Sequence record: NC_070962.1 | Strand: one strand, 5' to 3' | DNA: 64,000 bases | Shown: positions 9,297 through 18,210 of the stretch, one piece after another | Layout of the letters: every line of letters starts with the position of its first letter | Numbering within the stretch: the stretch's first letter is position 1 | Program-made: the position numbers and the translations under genes | The notes under the pieces: model-generated | Told to the model about the DNA's origin: nothing | The model's database searches: none | Seen by the model: the letters and a program-made list of their open reading frames with translations, nothing else

Positions 9297-9857
9297 ATGT
9301 TTATACCAGAAGAAGAATACCAAAGGATAATGAAGTCCATGCCAATTTTTTGCGTGGACTTTGCGTTTAGATATAAGAATAAATTTCTTCTAATTAAACG
9401 AACACAAGAACCTGTAAAGGGTGTGTTCTGGGTTATTGGAGGAAGACTTAGGTTTAAGGAAACTATTCAAGAACTTGCTGAAAGAGTTCATACTAGAGAG
9501 GTTGGAAGATACTATCCAAACTTCAAACTTGTAGGATTCTCAAACTATATGTTCCCTGATGTTGAGGAAGCAAGAGCAACTCATACACCAACTCTTCTTT
9601 ACCTAGTTGAGGTTGATGAAATGTTTGAACCAACTCTTGATGAAACAAGTTCTGAGTTCACATGGTCTGAGGAACTGCCTGATGAGATGAAGGACCAGAC
9701 CCACTTCATCACTGAGATTGCTCGGAGGGAATTCCCCAAAGGAATTATCCCATTTGCTTTGACTATTTGCTCAACTCTTGCTATTATAGTAGCAGGATAC
9801 TTCCATGGTCACATGAGCATCGGTGCTGTCTGGCACAATCTGCACAACTTTAATTAA
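9297..9857 (+). CDS. Nudix hydrolase, GDP-mannose mannosyl hydrolase-like, with C-terminal hydrophobic tail
   Basis: CVDF...FLLIKR...PVKGVFWVIGGRL and a variant Nudix box ETIQELAERVHTREVG; THT downstream; TM-like IIPFALTICSTLAIIVAGYF. Confidence 0.7.
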   Translation: MFIPEEEYQRIMKSMPIFCVDFAFRYKNKFLLIKRTQEPVKGVFWVIGGRLRFKETIQELAERVHTREVGRYYPNFKLVGFSNYMFPDVEEARATHTPTLLYLVEVDEMFEPTLDETSSEFTWSEELPDEMKDQTHFITEIARREFPKGIIPFALTICSTLAIIVAGYFHGHMSIGAVWHNLHNFN

Positions 9858-9859
9858 TT

Positions 9860-10810
9860 ATGAACAAGACTGACTTTCTTTGGGTTGAAAAGTATCGACC
9901 CAAAACCATTGATGATTGTATTCTTCCTGAGCATACAAAGAGTATGTTCAAGGACTTTCTAAATAAGCAAGAAATCCCTAACTTGCTACTTGCGGGACCT
10001 GCTGGTTGTGGTAAAACTACAGTGGCAAAGGCACTCTGTGAGCAACTGGGGGTAGATTACTACGTTATTAACGGATCTGATGAAGGACGATTTCTTGACA
10101 CGGTGCGGAATCAAGCAAAGAACTTTGCTTCGACCGTCTCTCTTTCTGCAACTGAAGCAAAGCACAAAGTCATCATTATTGACGAGGCTGACAACACGAC
10201 CCACGATGTACAGCTCCTCCTACGGGCAAATATTGAGACATTTTATAACAACTGCAGATTTATCTTCACCTGCAATTTCAAAAACAAAATTATCGAACCT
10301 CTCCACTCCCGATGTGCGGTGGTCGAATTCGGAATTAAAGGGAAAGACAAACCACAACTCGCAGCAAAGTTCTTCAAACGCATCCAACAAATCTTGGATG
10401 CAGAGGGTGTTGAATATGATAACAAGGTCCTGGTAGAACTTATCAATAAGCATTTCCCTGACTGGAGACGTGTTCTTAATGAGTGTCAACGATACTCAGT
10501 GTCGGGTAAGATTGATAGTGCTATTCTTGCTCAGTTCTCTGATGTAAGTGTTGAGGATCTAATCAAGAATCTCAAGCAGAAAGACTTTGGTTATGTCCGC
10601 AAGTGGGTCACATCTAATCTAGATAATGATCCCAATCTAATCCTTCGTAGGGTTTATGATGGTCTTGTAGATGCTGTTGATGGACCTTCTCTTGCCGCAG
10701 CAGTTTTGATCATCGCAAAGTATCAGTATCAAATTGCTTTTGTTGCTGATCAGGAAATTAATGTTCTAGCCGCACTAACTGAAATTATGGTGGAGTGTAA
10801 ATTCAAATGA
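9860..10810 (+). CDS. 44: Clamp loader large subunit gp44
   Basis: LWVEKYRPKT, GPAGCGKTT, IIDEAD, SRC motif. Confidence 0.95.
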   Translation: MNKTDFLWVEKYRPKTIDDCILPEHTKSMFKDFLNKQEIPNLLLAGPAGCGKTTVAKALCEQLGVDYYVINGSDEGRFLDTVRNQAKNFASTVSLSATEAKHKVIIIDEADNTTHDVQLLLRANIETFYNNCRFIFTCNFKNKIIEPLHSRCAVVEFGIKGKDKPQLAAKFFKRIQQILDAEGVEYDNKVLVELINKHFPDWRRVLNECQRYSVSGKIDSAILAQFSDVSVEDLIKNLKQKDFGYVRKWVTSNLDNDPNLILRRVYDGLVDAVDGPSLAAAVLIIAKYQYQIAFVADQEINVLAALTEIMVECKFK

Positions 10811-11004
10811 CTAAAACAAAACTAAGAGCACAAGTCAAGTCCCGTTTCTATTATGTTTTCTGGGGAACTGCGACACTCGCAGTTGTTCTTGGTCAACTAT
10901 ATGTTGGAACTGGATATCGTGTTCTTGCTGGAAGAATGGATCAACTTCTACAAAAAGTTGATGGAGTTCTTCTTTATAAATCTAATAAACCTGGACTTTT
11001 TTAA
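10807..11004 (+). CDS. Small membrane hypothetical protein
   Basis: 65 aa with one TM-like segment; ATGA overlap with the 44 stop. Confidence 0.6.
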   Translation: MTKTKLRAQVKSRFYYVFWGTATLAVVLGQLYVGTGYRVLAGRMDQLLQKVDGVLLYKSNKPGLF

Positions 11005-11005
11005 A

Positions 11006-11299
11006 ATGATTGACGTAAAACTACTCCGTATTGTTACGGGTGAGGAAGTGATTGCAGAACTAGTCACTGAAGATGAGAACACTATTACTGTCAAGAACGG
11101 TCTAGTGGTTCTACCTGGTGCTCAGAATGTCGGATTCGCACCATGGGCAACTGTCATTGACAAAGAAGATCCTGACATTCAGTTGTCTCGGGACTTTATT
11201 GTGTACATGGTAAACGTTGACTCTGCGGTGAAGAAGAAGTATAATGAGATCTTTGGGAGCAAACTGATTACTCCCGACGAAAAGAAACTGATCGTTTGA
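11006..11299 (+). CDS. Conserved T4-like hypothetical protein (Sm-like fold possible)
   Basis: MIDVKLLRIVTGEEVIAEL; start moved to the ATG at 11006. Confidence 0.65.
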   Translation: MIDVKLLRIVTGEEVIAELVTEDENTITVKNGLVVLPGAQNVGFAPWATVIDKEDPDIQLSRDFIVYMVNVDSAVKKKYNEIFGSKLITPDEKKLIV

Positions 11300-11314
11300 T
11301 TTTTCCTTTTTATT

Positions 11315-12190
11315 ATGAAAGCATTGAAGACACCTTTAAGGTATCCTGGAGGTAAGTCCAAAGCAATCAAGACTCTTTCTCAATGGTATCCTAAAGTCAT
11401 CACTGAATATCGTGAACCGTTTATTGGTGGTGGTTCTATTGCCATTGATGTGACCAAAGCAAATCCAGACATCCCTGTCTGGGTGAATGACCTGTACGTG
11501 CCCCTATACAACTTCTGGGTGCAACTGCGGGATCGTGGTCAAGACCTCTCTGAGAGTGTCAGAGAGCAGAAAGAGAAGATGCTTGAGAGTGGCACCCAAG
11601 AGGAGAAGGACAAGTTTGCCAGGACACTATTTGATCGGTATGCTGCTGAGATTGATACCTATGATGATTTCCAGAAGGCAGTTGCTTTCTTCATCATGAA
11701 CAAGTGCAGTTATTCTGGTCTGACAGAAAACAGTTCTTTCTCTCGCACTGCTGCTAATTCCAACTTCTCTTTAGTTGGTGCAGACAAACTTGCTCAGTTC
11801 TCTCAACTAATTAAGAACTGGAAGATCACTAACATTGATTACTCTGAAGTAATGAATGCTGATGGTCCTGAGAATACTTTTGTATTCCTTGATCCTCCTT
11901 ATGATATCAAAGACTTTCTGTATGGAAAGAATCGTGAGATGCACAAGTCATTTGACCATGAGGTATTTGCTGAGAACGTATACAAGTGTCCTCATAAGTT
12001 CATGATCACTTACAATGTGAATGATCGTCTCCTTGAGTTGTATAAGGACTATCACCTTGAGTATTGGAAACTACGTTACTCTATGGTTCACCGTGGTGAT
12101 AAGAATACTCAGGACAATGTAAAGACTGAACTTTTGGTTACAAACTACTCTCTTACTCCACTCACACCACTAGAGGAACAATGGAACTGA
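11315..12190 (+). CDS. dam: DNA adenine methyltransferase
   Basis: LRYPGGKS, EPFIGGGS, DPPY. Confidence 0.9.
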   Translation: MKALKTPLRYPGGKSKAIKTLSQWYPKVITEYREPFIGGGSIAIDVTKANPDIPVWVNDLYVPLYNFWVQLRDRGQDLSESVREQKEKMLESGTQEEKDKFARTLFDRYAAEIDTYDDFQKAVAFFIMNKCSYSGLTENSSFSRTAANSNFSLVGADKLAQFSQLIKNWKITNIDYSEVMNADGPENTFVFLDPPYDIKDFLYGKNREMHKSFDHEVFAENVYKCPHKFMITYNVNDRLLELYKDYHLEYWKLRYSMVHRGDKNTQDNVKTELLVTNYSLTPLTPLEEQWN

Positions 12191-12561
12191 AAGATTGGAT
12201 GAACTCAATAAATTTAAATAAGGAAAACCTTATTAAAGAAAACCCCGATATCGTTAAACAATACCCACCTTTTATCGTAAACAAGTGTCTATCTGGACAC
12301 CTTGATGCGATTATGTTTGCTAATGAAATGAATAAGCATCATCACCTAGACAAAGATATGCAATATTCATTTTTACTAAATAGTCTCAGGAAAAAGAAAA
12401 GATTTTCTCCTTGGATTCGTAAAGAGAAGATTGATGATCTGGATGCCATTAAACAATACTATGGTTATTCCAATGAGAAATCAAAAGAGGCTTTAAGAAT
12501 TCTTTCCAAAGAACAAATTAATTTTATCAAATTTAAGATTGAAAAGGGTGGAAAACGATGA
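12181..12561 (+). CDS. 62: Clamp loader small subunit gp62
   Basis: YPPFIVNKCLS, FANEMN, YYGYSNEKSKEALRIL. Confidence 0.9.
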   Translation: MELKDWMNSINLNKENLIKENPDIVKQYPPFIVNKCLSGHLDAIMFANEMNKHHHLDKDMQYSFLLNSLRKKKRFSPWIRKEKIDDLDAIKQYYGYSNEKSKEALRILSKEQINFIKFKIEKGGKR

Positions 12562-12992
12562 CAAAAATTGCTGAACCTCAGGTTACTTGGTCTCCTTCTA
12601 TGATGGTAGAGATCAATCTTCGTGAACCAGATGACTTCCTGAAGGTTCGTGAGACTCTAACCCGAATTGGTGTTGCTTCACGCAAAGAAAAGAAATTGTA
12701 CCAATCCTGCCATATTCTACATAAGCAGGGTAAATACTATATTGTTCATTTCAAAGAGTTATTTGCTCTTGATGGTAAGTATGCAAATATTACTGTAAAT
12801 GATGTTCAACGTAGAAATAGAATTGTTAAACTTCTAGTCGATTGGGGTCTTGTAGATCTCTTAGAAGAAGAGAAAATTCTTGATATTGCACCACTCAATC
12901 AGATTAAAGTTATTGCTTATAAGGAGAAGAGTGAGTGGACTCTAGAGCAGAAGTATAATATTGGTTCTAAGAAGAAAAAGGAAGAATCATGA
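12558..12992 (+). CDS. regA: Translational repressor RegA
   Basis: DDFLKVRETLTRIGVAS, LYQSCHILHKQGKYYIVHFKELF. Confidence 0.95.
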   Translation: MTKIAEPQVTWSPSMMVEINLREPDDFLKVRETLTRIGVASRKEKKLYQSCHILHKQGKYYIVHFKELFALDGKYANITVNDVQRRNRIVKLLVDWGLVDLLEEEKILDIAPLNQIKVIAYKEKSEWTLEQKYNIGSKKKKEES

Positions 12993-13564
12993 AGAAAATT
13001 CTCCTCAAGGATTTCATTTTCCAGGGGAGAGTAAAAGATCATGAATTGATCAGAGATGAACTTCTCTCCGAAATTGAAAAAACAAATTTTACAACAATAG
13101 AGAGAAATCCAGGTTCTATCGATAGTATTTCAAAGCTCGATTGGGATTGGGCAATGGATACTGATAGAACCTGGACTTCTTTGTTTGAAAAACATTTTTG
13201 GAATGCTATAGATGATTTTCTTTCTGTCACACCATATTTGTCTATTGAACTAAAAGAGATGTGGTTTCAGCAGTATGTAAAATGCGATATGCATAATTGG
13301 CATACTCATGGTGAACAGTATACTGGAGTTTATTATCTTGAATTTCCGAAAGGGAGTTCTAAGACAGAATTAGTTTTTCCTTATGATCACAGTAAACATC
13401 AAATATCAGTTGAGGAAGGAGATATAATTTTCTTTCCTGCACATGTTGCACATAGAGGAACGACTAATTTTACTGATAGAAAAACTATTATTTCATTTAA
13501 TTTTTCTATCGGAAACGATTATGATGATATTCTTGATTTCAAGGTACTGAATTCCGTACAATAA
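12989..13564 (+). CDS. 2OG-Fe(II) oxygenase-like (HxH type)
   Basis: WHTH, GVYYL, FFPAHVAHRG, RKTIISFN. Confidence 0.75.
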   Translation: MKKILLKDFIFQGRVKDHELIRDELLSEIEKTNFTTIERNPGSIDSISKLDWDWAMDTDRTWTSLFEKHFWNAIDDFLSVTPYLSIELKEMWFQQYVKCDMHNWHTHGEQYTGVYYLEFPKGSSKTELVFPYDHSKHQISVEEGDIIFFPAHVAHRGTTNFTDRKTIISFNFSIGNDYDDILDFKVLNSVQ

Positions 13565-13612
13565 ATTACGGTTCTCCACTTGTATATTTTTTTCTTTAAT
13601 GGTTAAATAGTA

Positions 13613-13667
13613 GTGGATGCCGAAAGGGTCCACACAATCAAATCTCGCTTACTAAGGAGAAGTACAG
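13613..13667 (+). promoter_or_regulatory. Structured 5' leader of hsp20, ROSE-like RNA thermometer candidate
   Basis: GNRA-capped hairpin at 13613-13633. A second hairpin pairs TCTC-G-CTT (13643-13650) with the SD AAGGAGA (13654-13660), leaving a bulged G. Confidence 0.55.
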
Positions 13668-14102
13668 ATGACTGACTTAATGAAGTATAATGCCGCCAAC
13701 ATGAATCAGTTGTTGGAACGCATTACTAGAAACAGTATTGGTATGGAAGATTACTTTGACAGGATCTTCACTCTACATGAAACTACATCAAATTACCCAC
13801 CTTATAATCTTGTTTCGGTAAATAATGTTACATCTCGATTAGAGATTGCTCTTGCAGGATTTAAGAAGAAGGAGGTTTATGTCTACACGCAAGATGGTAA
13901 ACTCTTTGTTGAAGGCCAGAAGGAAGACAAAGAGACGGAAACTAACTATGTCCACAAGGGTGTGGCTCAACGGTCATTTACACGTTCCTGGACACTCAGT
14001 GAGGACACGGAAGTTAGATCAGTTACTTTTGAAGATGGGCTTTTGAGTGTTGAACTTGGTAAGGTTGTTCCTGATGCACATAAACGAAAAGATTATCTAT
14101 AA
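13668..14102 (+). CDS. hsp20: Small heat shock protein Hsp20
   Basis: YPPYNL, LEIALAGF, HKGVAQRSFTRSWTL, FEDGLL (alpha-crystallin domain). Confidence 0.95.
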   Translation: MTDLMKYNAANMNQLLERITRNSIGMEDYFDRIFTLHETTSNYPPYNLVSVNNVTSRLEIALAGFKKKEVYVYTQDGKLFVEGQKEDKETETNYVHKGVAQRSFTRSWTLSEDTEVRSVTFEDGLLSVELGKVVPDAHKRKDYL

Positions 14103-14105
14103 ATA
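14098..14105 (+). promoter_or_regulatory. T4-type late promoter
   Basis: TATAAATA overlapping the hsp20 stop. Confidence 0.6.
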
Positions 14106-14128
14106 AAAACGTATCGTCGCCGCAGACG

Positions 14129-14169
14129 GAGAGGTAACTGGCACAAACCAGTTGACACCTCTCTTTTTT
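14129..14169 (+). terminator. Rho-independent terminator overlapping a sigma70 promoter
   Basis: GAGAGG/CCTCTC outer stem and AACTGG/CCAGTT inner stem followed by a T tract; TTGACA(14152)-N17-TAAAAT(14175). Confidence 0.7.
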
Positions 14170-14201
14170 ATTGGTAAAATGAATTGGAGTAAACTAGGAT
14201 T

Positions 14202-14576
14202 ATGACTGTAAAACTTGCTGTACTAAAATCTGGTGAAGAAGTTATCACTGATGTAAAGGAAATGCATCATGGTGAAGGAGAAAACCAAAAGGTAGTTGGT
14301 TATTTCTTTAAGAAACCATGTGTAGTTCGTATGAAAAATATTGAAGGTGTTGATGATAAACCTCAAGTAACTTTTGATATTTCATTGCAACCTTGGGTTC
14401 CACTTGGAAAAGGACCAGTATATCCAGTAGCAATGGATTGGATTGTAACTTTTGTTGATCCAATTGACAAACTACGAAACGCATATCAAGAACAAATTTT
14501 GGACCAAGAGGATAGTGAATATGGAGAAATTAGTGATCAAGATTTTGGTTTTGACGGACCAAATGCGACTGATTAG
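14202..14576 (+). CDS. Conserved cyanophage hypothetical protein
   Basis: MTVKLAVLKSGEEVITDVKE; typical position upstream of 43. Confidence 0.75.
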   Translation: MTVKLAVLKSGEEVITDVKEMHHGEGENQKVVGYFFKKPCVVRMKNIEGVDDKPQVTFDISLQPWVPLGKGPVYPVAMDWIVTFVDPIDKLRNAYQEQILDQEDSEYGEISDQDFGFDGPNATD

Positions 14577-14781
14577 TCAAATTGAAGAGGTAGGTGCTGA
14601 TATTGGAGAACCTGATTGCAAATTGACAGAACCATTTGTAATCAACTCTGATGGAACTTTATCTCCTTGGTTGATTGAAATCACAAACGATAATCAATTT
14701 ATGATGTCGTCAGATAAAATTCTGACGTTGGTAGATCCAAAACCTACCCTATTGGAAAAATATCAAGACCTATTGAAATGA
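14521..14781 (+). CDS. Conserved cyanophage hypothetical protein
   Basis: IEEVGADIGEPDCKL; start set to the ATG at 14521. Confidence 0.7.
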   Translation: MEKLVIKILVLTDQMRLISQIEEVGADIGEPDCKLTEPFVINSDGTLSPWLIEITNDNQFMMSSDKILTLVDPKPTLLEKYQDLLK

Positions 14782-17273
14782 ATTTTTACACCAATGTCCA
14801 AATGATCGGGAACAAATTTCTGTTCCGTGGTTATGAGGATGGTAAATCTGTGATGTACAAAGAAGAGTTCTCACCAACTCTCTTTGTACCTTCTAAAGGT
14901 AAGACGAAATATAAAACCCTAGAAGGAGAATATGTTGAACCTATCAAACCTGGTGGTGTTCGTGATTGTAGAGATTTTTACAAAAAGTACGAAGATGTTC
15001 AGGGATTTACCATCTACGGTAATGACCGTTATATCTGTCAATATATTTCTGACAAGTATCCAGAGGAAGAACTGAAGTTTGATATCAGCAAGATCAAACT
15101 AGTCACTTTGGATATTGAGGTTTCTTCCGAGTATGGATTTCCAGATCCACTTTCTTGCTCGGAAGAAATTTTGTGTATTACGGTTCAGGACTATTCTACT
15201 AAGCAGATTATGACTTGGGGTGTCAAACCTTTTGAAGTCAAGCAGGACAATGTAAAGTATTTCCACTGCAGCACAGAACGAGGAGTTTTGCAAACCTTCT
15301 TGGATTGGTGGGATGCAAACCCTCCTGAGGTTATCACTGGATGGAATGTTCAGTTGTATGATATTCCATACATCTGCGGACGATTAGATCGTGTCCTGGG
15401 TGAGAAGCAGATGAAACGTTTTTCACCTTGGGGTCTTGTAACTCGTAATGAGTTGAAGATTATGGGACGTGATCAAATCTCTTATGATGTTGGTGGTATT
15501 TCTCAACTTGACTATCTTGATCTTTATAAGAAGTTTACTTACAAGGCACAGGAGTCTTATCGTCTAGATCATATTGCAAATGTTGAACTTGGACAGAAGA
15601 AACTCGATCACTCCGAATTCGACACATTTAAAGATTTCTATACTGGAAACTGGCAAAAGTTTGTAGAATACAATATCATTGACGTTGAACTTGTTGACCG
15701 ACTGGAAAGCAAGATGAAACTCATCGAACTTGCAATCACTATGGCATATGAAGCCAAGGTGAATTATAACGATGTGTTTTATCAAGTACGAACTTGGGAT
15801 GCTATCATTTATAACTATCTTAAGAGAAGGAATATTGTTATTCCTCCAAAGGTTGGTGGCAGTAAAAACGAAAAGTACGCAGGTGCTTATGTCAAAGAAC
15901 CGATTCCTGGAAAGTATGATTGGGTGGTCAGTTTTGACCTTAATAGTCTGTACCCTCACCTTATTATGCAATACAATATTTCCCCAGAGACACTCTTGGA
16001 GGAAAAACACCCAACGGTTACAGTTGATCGAATTCTTAATGAAGAGATAACATTTGAACTATATAAAGATAACGCGGTCTGTGCGAATGGTGCGATGTAC
16101 CGCAAAGACGTTCGTGGGTTCTTGCCAGAACTCATGGAAAAGATGTATGGCGACCGTGTGATCTTTAAGAAAAAGATGCTTAAGGCAAAACAGGAATATG
16201 AAAAGACTCCAACTAAAGCACTTGAAAAAGAGATTGCCAGGTGCAACAACATTCAAATGGCTAAGAAGATCTCTCTTAATTCTGCTTATGGTGCTATCGG
16301 CAATCAGTATTTCCGATATTACAAGCTCGCAAACGCAGAAGCCATCACTCTGTCGGGACAAGTAAGTATCCGATGGATTGAGAATAAGATGAACGAATAC
16401 CTAAATAATCTCTTGTCAACTCAGGATGAGGATTATGTCATCGCATCTGACACCGACTCAATCTATCTTAATCTTGGACCTCTTGTTGATAAATTTTTTG
16501 CTGCTAAGTCTGGCAATAAAACAGCGATTGTTTCCATACTTGACAAGATCTGCCAAGAAAAACTGGAACCATATATCGATTCCTGTTACAAGAAACTTGC
16601 GAACTATGTCTCGGCATATGACCAGAAGATGCAGATGAAACGGGAGAATATTGCGGATCGTGGCATTTGGACTGCTAAGAAACGTTATATTCTCAACGTC
16701 TGGGACAGTGAGGGTGTTCGTTATGAAGAACCCAAACTCAAGATTATGGGCATTGAAGCAGTTAAGTCATCAACTCCAGCACCTTGTCGTAAGATGATTA
16801 AGGACGGTCTTAAGTTGATGATGAGTGGCACTGAAGAAGATGTTATCGACTTTATTGATAAGAGTCGTGAGGAGTTTAAGAAACTTCCACCAGAGGAAAT
16901 TGCTTTCCCTAGATCAGTGTCTGATGTTGAGAAGTATAAATCTCACTCCGATATCTATTCAAAAGGAACACCTATTCATGTAAGAGGTTCTCTTCTTTTC
17001 AATCACCACATTAAAAAGAATAAACTTGATCACAAGTATTCTTTGATCAATAATGGTGAGAAGATTAAGTTCCTATATCTAAAAAAACCAAACTCAATTC
17101 ATGAGAATGTGATCTCTTTTATTCAAGATTTTCCGCATGAACTTGGAATTGACAAATACATAGACTATGACCTACAATTCGAGAAGGCGTTCTTAGAACC
17201 TTTGAAGACTGTTCTCGATTCTATTGGATGGTCTATCGAAAAGACTGTAAACTTGGAGCTATTTTTCGTATGA
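14778..17273 (+). CDS. 43: Family B DNA polymerase gp43
   Basis: Exonuclease DIE motif, SFDLNSLYPH, KISLNSAYG, ASDTDS, KKRY. Confidence 0.98.
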   Translation: MNFYTNVQMIGNKFLFRGYEDGKSVMYKEEFSPTLFVPSKGKTKYKTLEGEYVEPIKPGGVRDCRDFYKKYEDVQGFTIYGNDRYICQYISDKYPEEELKFDISKIKLVTLDIEVSSEYGFPDPLSCSEEILCITVQDYSTKQIMTWGVKPFEVKQDNVKYFHCSTERGVLQTFLDWWDANPPEVITGWNVQLYDIPYICGRLDRVLGEKQMKRFSPWGLVTRNELKIMGRDQISYDVGGISQLDYLDLYKKFTYKAQESYRLDHIANVELGQKKLDHSEFDTFKDFYTGNWQKFVEYNIIDVELVDRLESKMKLIELAITMAYEAKVNYNDVFYQVRTWDAIIYNYLKRRNIVIPPKVGGSKNEKYAGAYVKEPIPGKYDWVVSFDLNSLYPHLIMQYNISPETLLEEKHPTVTVDRILNEEITFELYKDNAVCANGAMYRKDVRGFLPELMEKMYGDRVIFKKKMLKAKQEYEKTPTKALEKEIARCNNIQMAKKISLNSAYGAIGNQYFRYYKLANAEAITLSGQVSIRWIENKMNEYLNNLLSTQDEDYVIASDTDSIYLNLGPLVDKFFAAKSGNKTAIVSILDKICQEKLEPYIDSCYKKLANYVSAYDQKMQMKRENIADRGIWTAKKRYILNVWDSEGVRYEEPKLKIMGIEAVKSSTPAPCRKMIKDGLKLMMSGTEEDVIDFIDKSREEFKKLPPEEIAFPRSVSDVEKYKSHSDIYSKGTPIHVRGSLLFNHHIKKNKLDHKYSLINNGEKIKFLYLKKPNSIHENVISFIQDFPHELGIDKYIDYDLQFEKAFLEPLKTVLDSIGWSIEKTVNLELFFV

Positions 17274-17467
17274 AAGATCAGTATGTTATTGATGATGGAG
17301 AATCTAAACAAGACAAATGGAATCGAGGATTAGATTTGTTTGTAGAATCTGTTCTTAAACCAGATCCTGCATTGAGGCAATGTGCTCATAATCAGAAGTG
17401 CTATCATGAACTTATGGATGTGCGAGCAGATGTTCTTGAATATTTGAAAACAAAACGTTGGCAATGA
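17270..17467 (+). CDS. Hypothetical protein
   Basis: 65-aa ORF, ATGA-coupled to the 43 stop. Confidence 0.65.
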   Translation: MKDQYVIDDGESKQDKWNRGLDLFVESVLKPDPALRQCAHNQKCYHELMDVRADVLEYLKTKRWQ

Positions 17468-18204
17468 AGTTACCTGTAAAAATGCATCAACCATTTGGAC
17501 CTTATGTTTTGGAGACAAGATGTCCAGATAATATACTTGATGCACTGAATGCAAAAGTAGAAGAAGTTTGTTCTAACCGTGAAGAAGTTGCAAAGTATTG
17601 CTCTTCAAGTGGAAATGTTCCAAATCTTCTACTTAGAGATATTGAAGTAGTTTATTTCACTCAAGACTTTTTGGAAGAAATTGGTTTTGTAGAATTTGTT
17701 GAAACTCTTGGAAATTATTATATCCAAAATGTAAATTGTCCAACCGATTATGATAATGTAAAACTATCCGTCATTACTCCAGAAGAAGATGGAACATTTA
17801 AATTGTCAGATAAAATTTTGTATGCCGATGTTTGGGTAAACAGATACTATAAGGGTGATTATACTCCTTACCATGATCATGGATCTGATCTTGCTGGTAT
17901 TGTTGTTATGAAAATTCCTAAAGGATTGGATGATGTTAACTTAAGGAATAGGGAAAGTGAAGGAGTTGATAATCATGGTAGAATGGGTGGAAGAGTTCAA
18001 TTTTTAAATGGTGGGAATAATACCTTTACTCACGATGAATACATACCTGATCAAGATGAAGGAACTGTACTTATTTTCCCATCTTGGTTATCTCACATGA
18101 CGTATCCACTTCCTGTTGAAGAAGAGAGGAGAACATTAAGTTTTAATCTTGTATCAGAATCTGGATATTATGATAGACTATATGGAAAAGAACGACAAGG
18201 ATGA
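17464..18204 (+). CDS. 2OG-Fe(II) oxygenase-like (HxH type)
   Basis: DVWVN, YHDH, IFPSWLSH, RRTLSFN. Confidence 0.75.
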   Translation: MKLPVKMHQPFGPYVLETRCPDNILDALNAKVEEVCSNREEVAKYCSSSGNVPNLLLRDIEVVYFTQDFLEEIGFVEFVETLGNYYIQNVNCPTDYDNVKLSVITPEEDGTFKLSDKILYADVWVNRYYKGDYTPYHDHGSDLAGIVVMKIPKGLDDVNLRNRESEGVDNHGRMGGRVQFLNGGNNTFTHDEYIPDQDEGTVLIFPSWLSHMTYPLPVEEERRTLSFNLVSESGYYDRLYGKERQG

Positions 18205-18210
18205 ATTATT

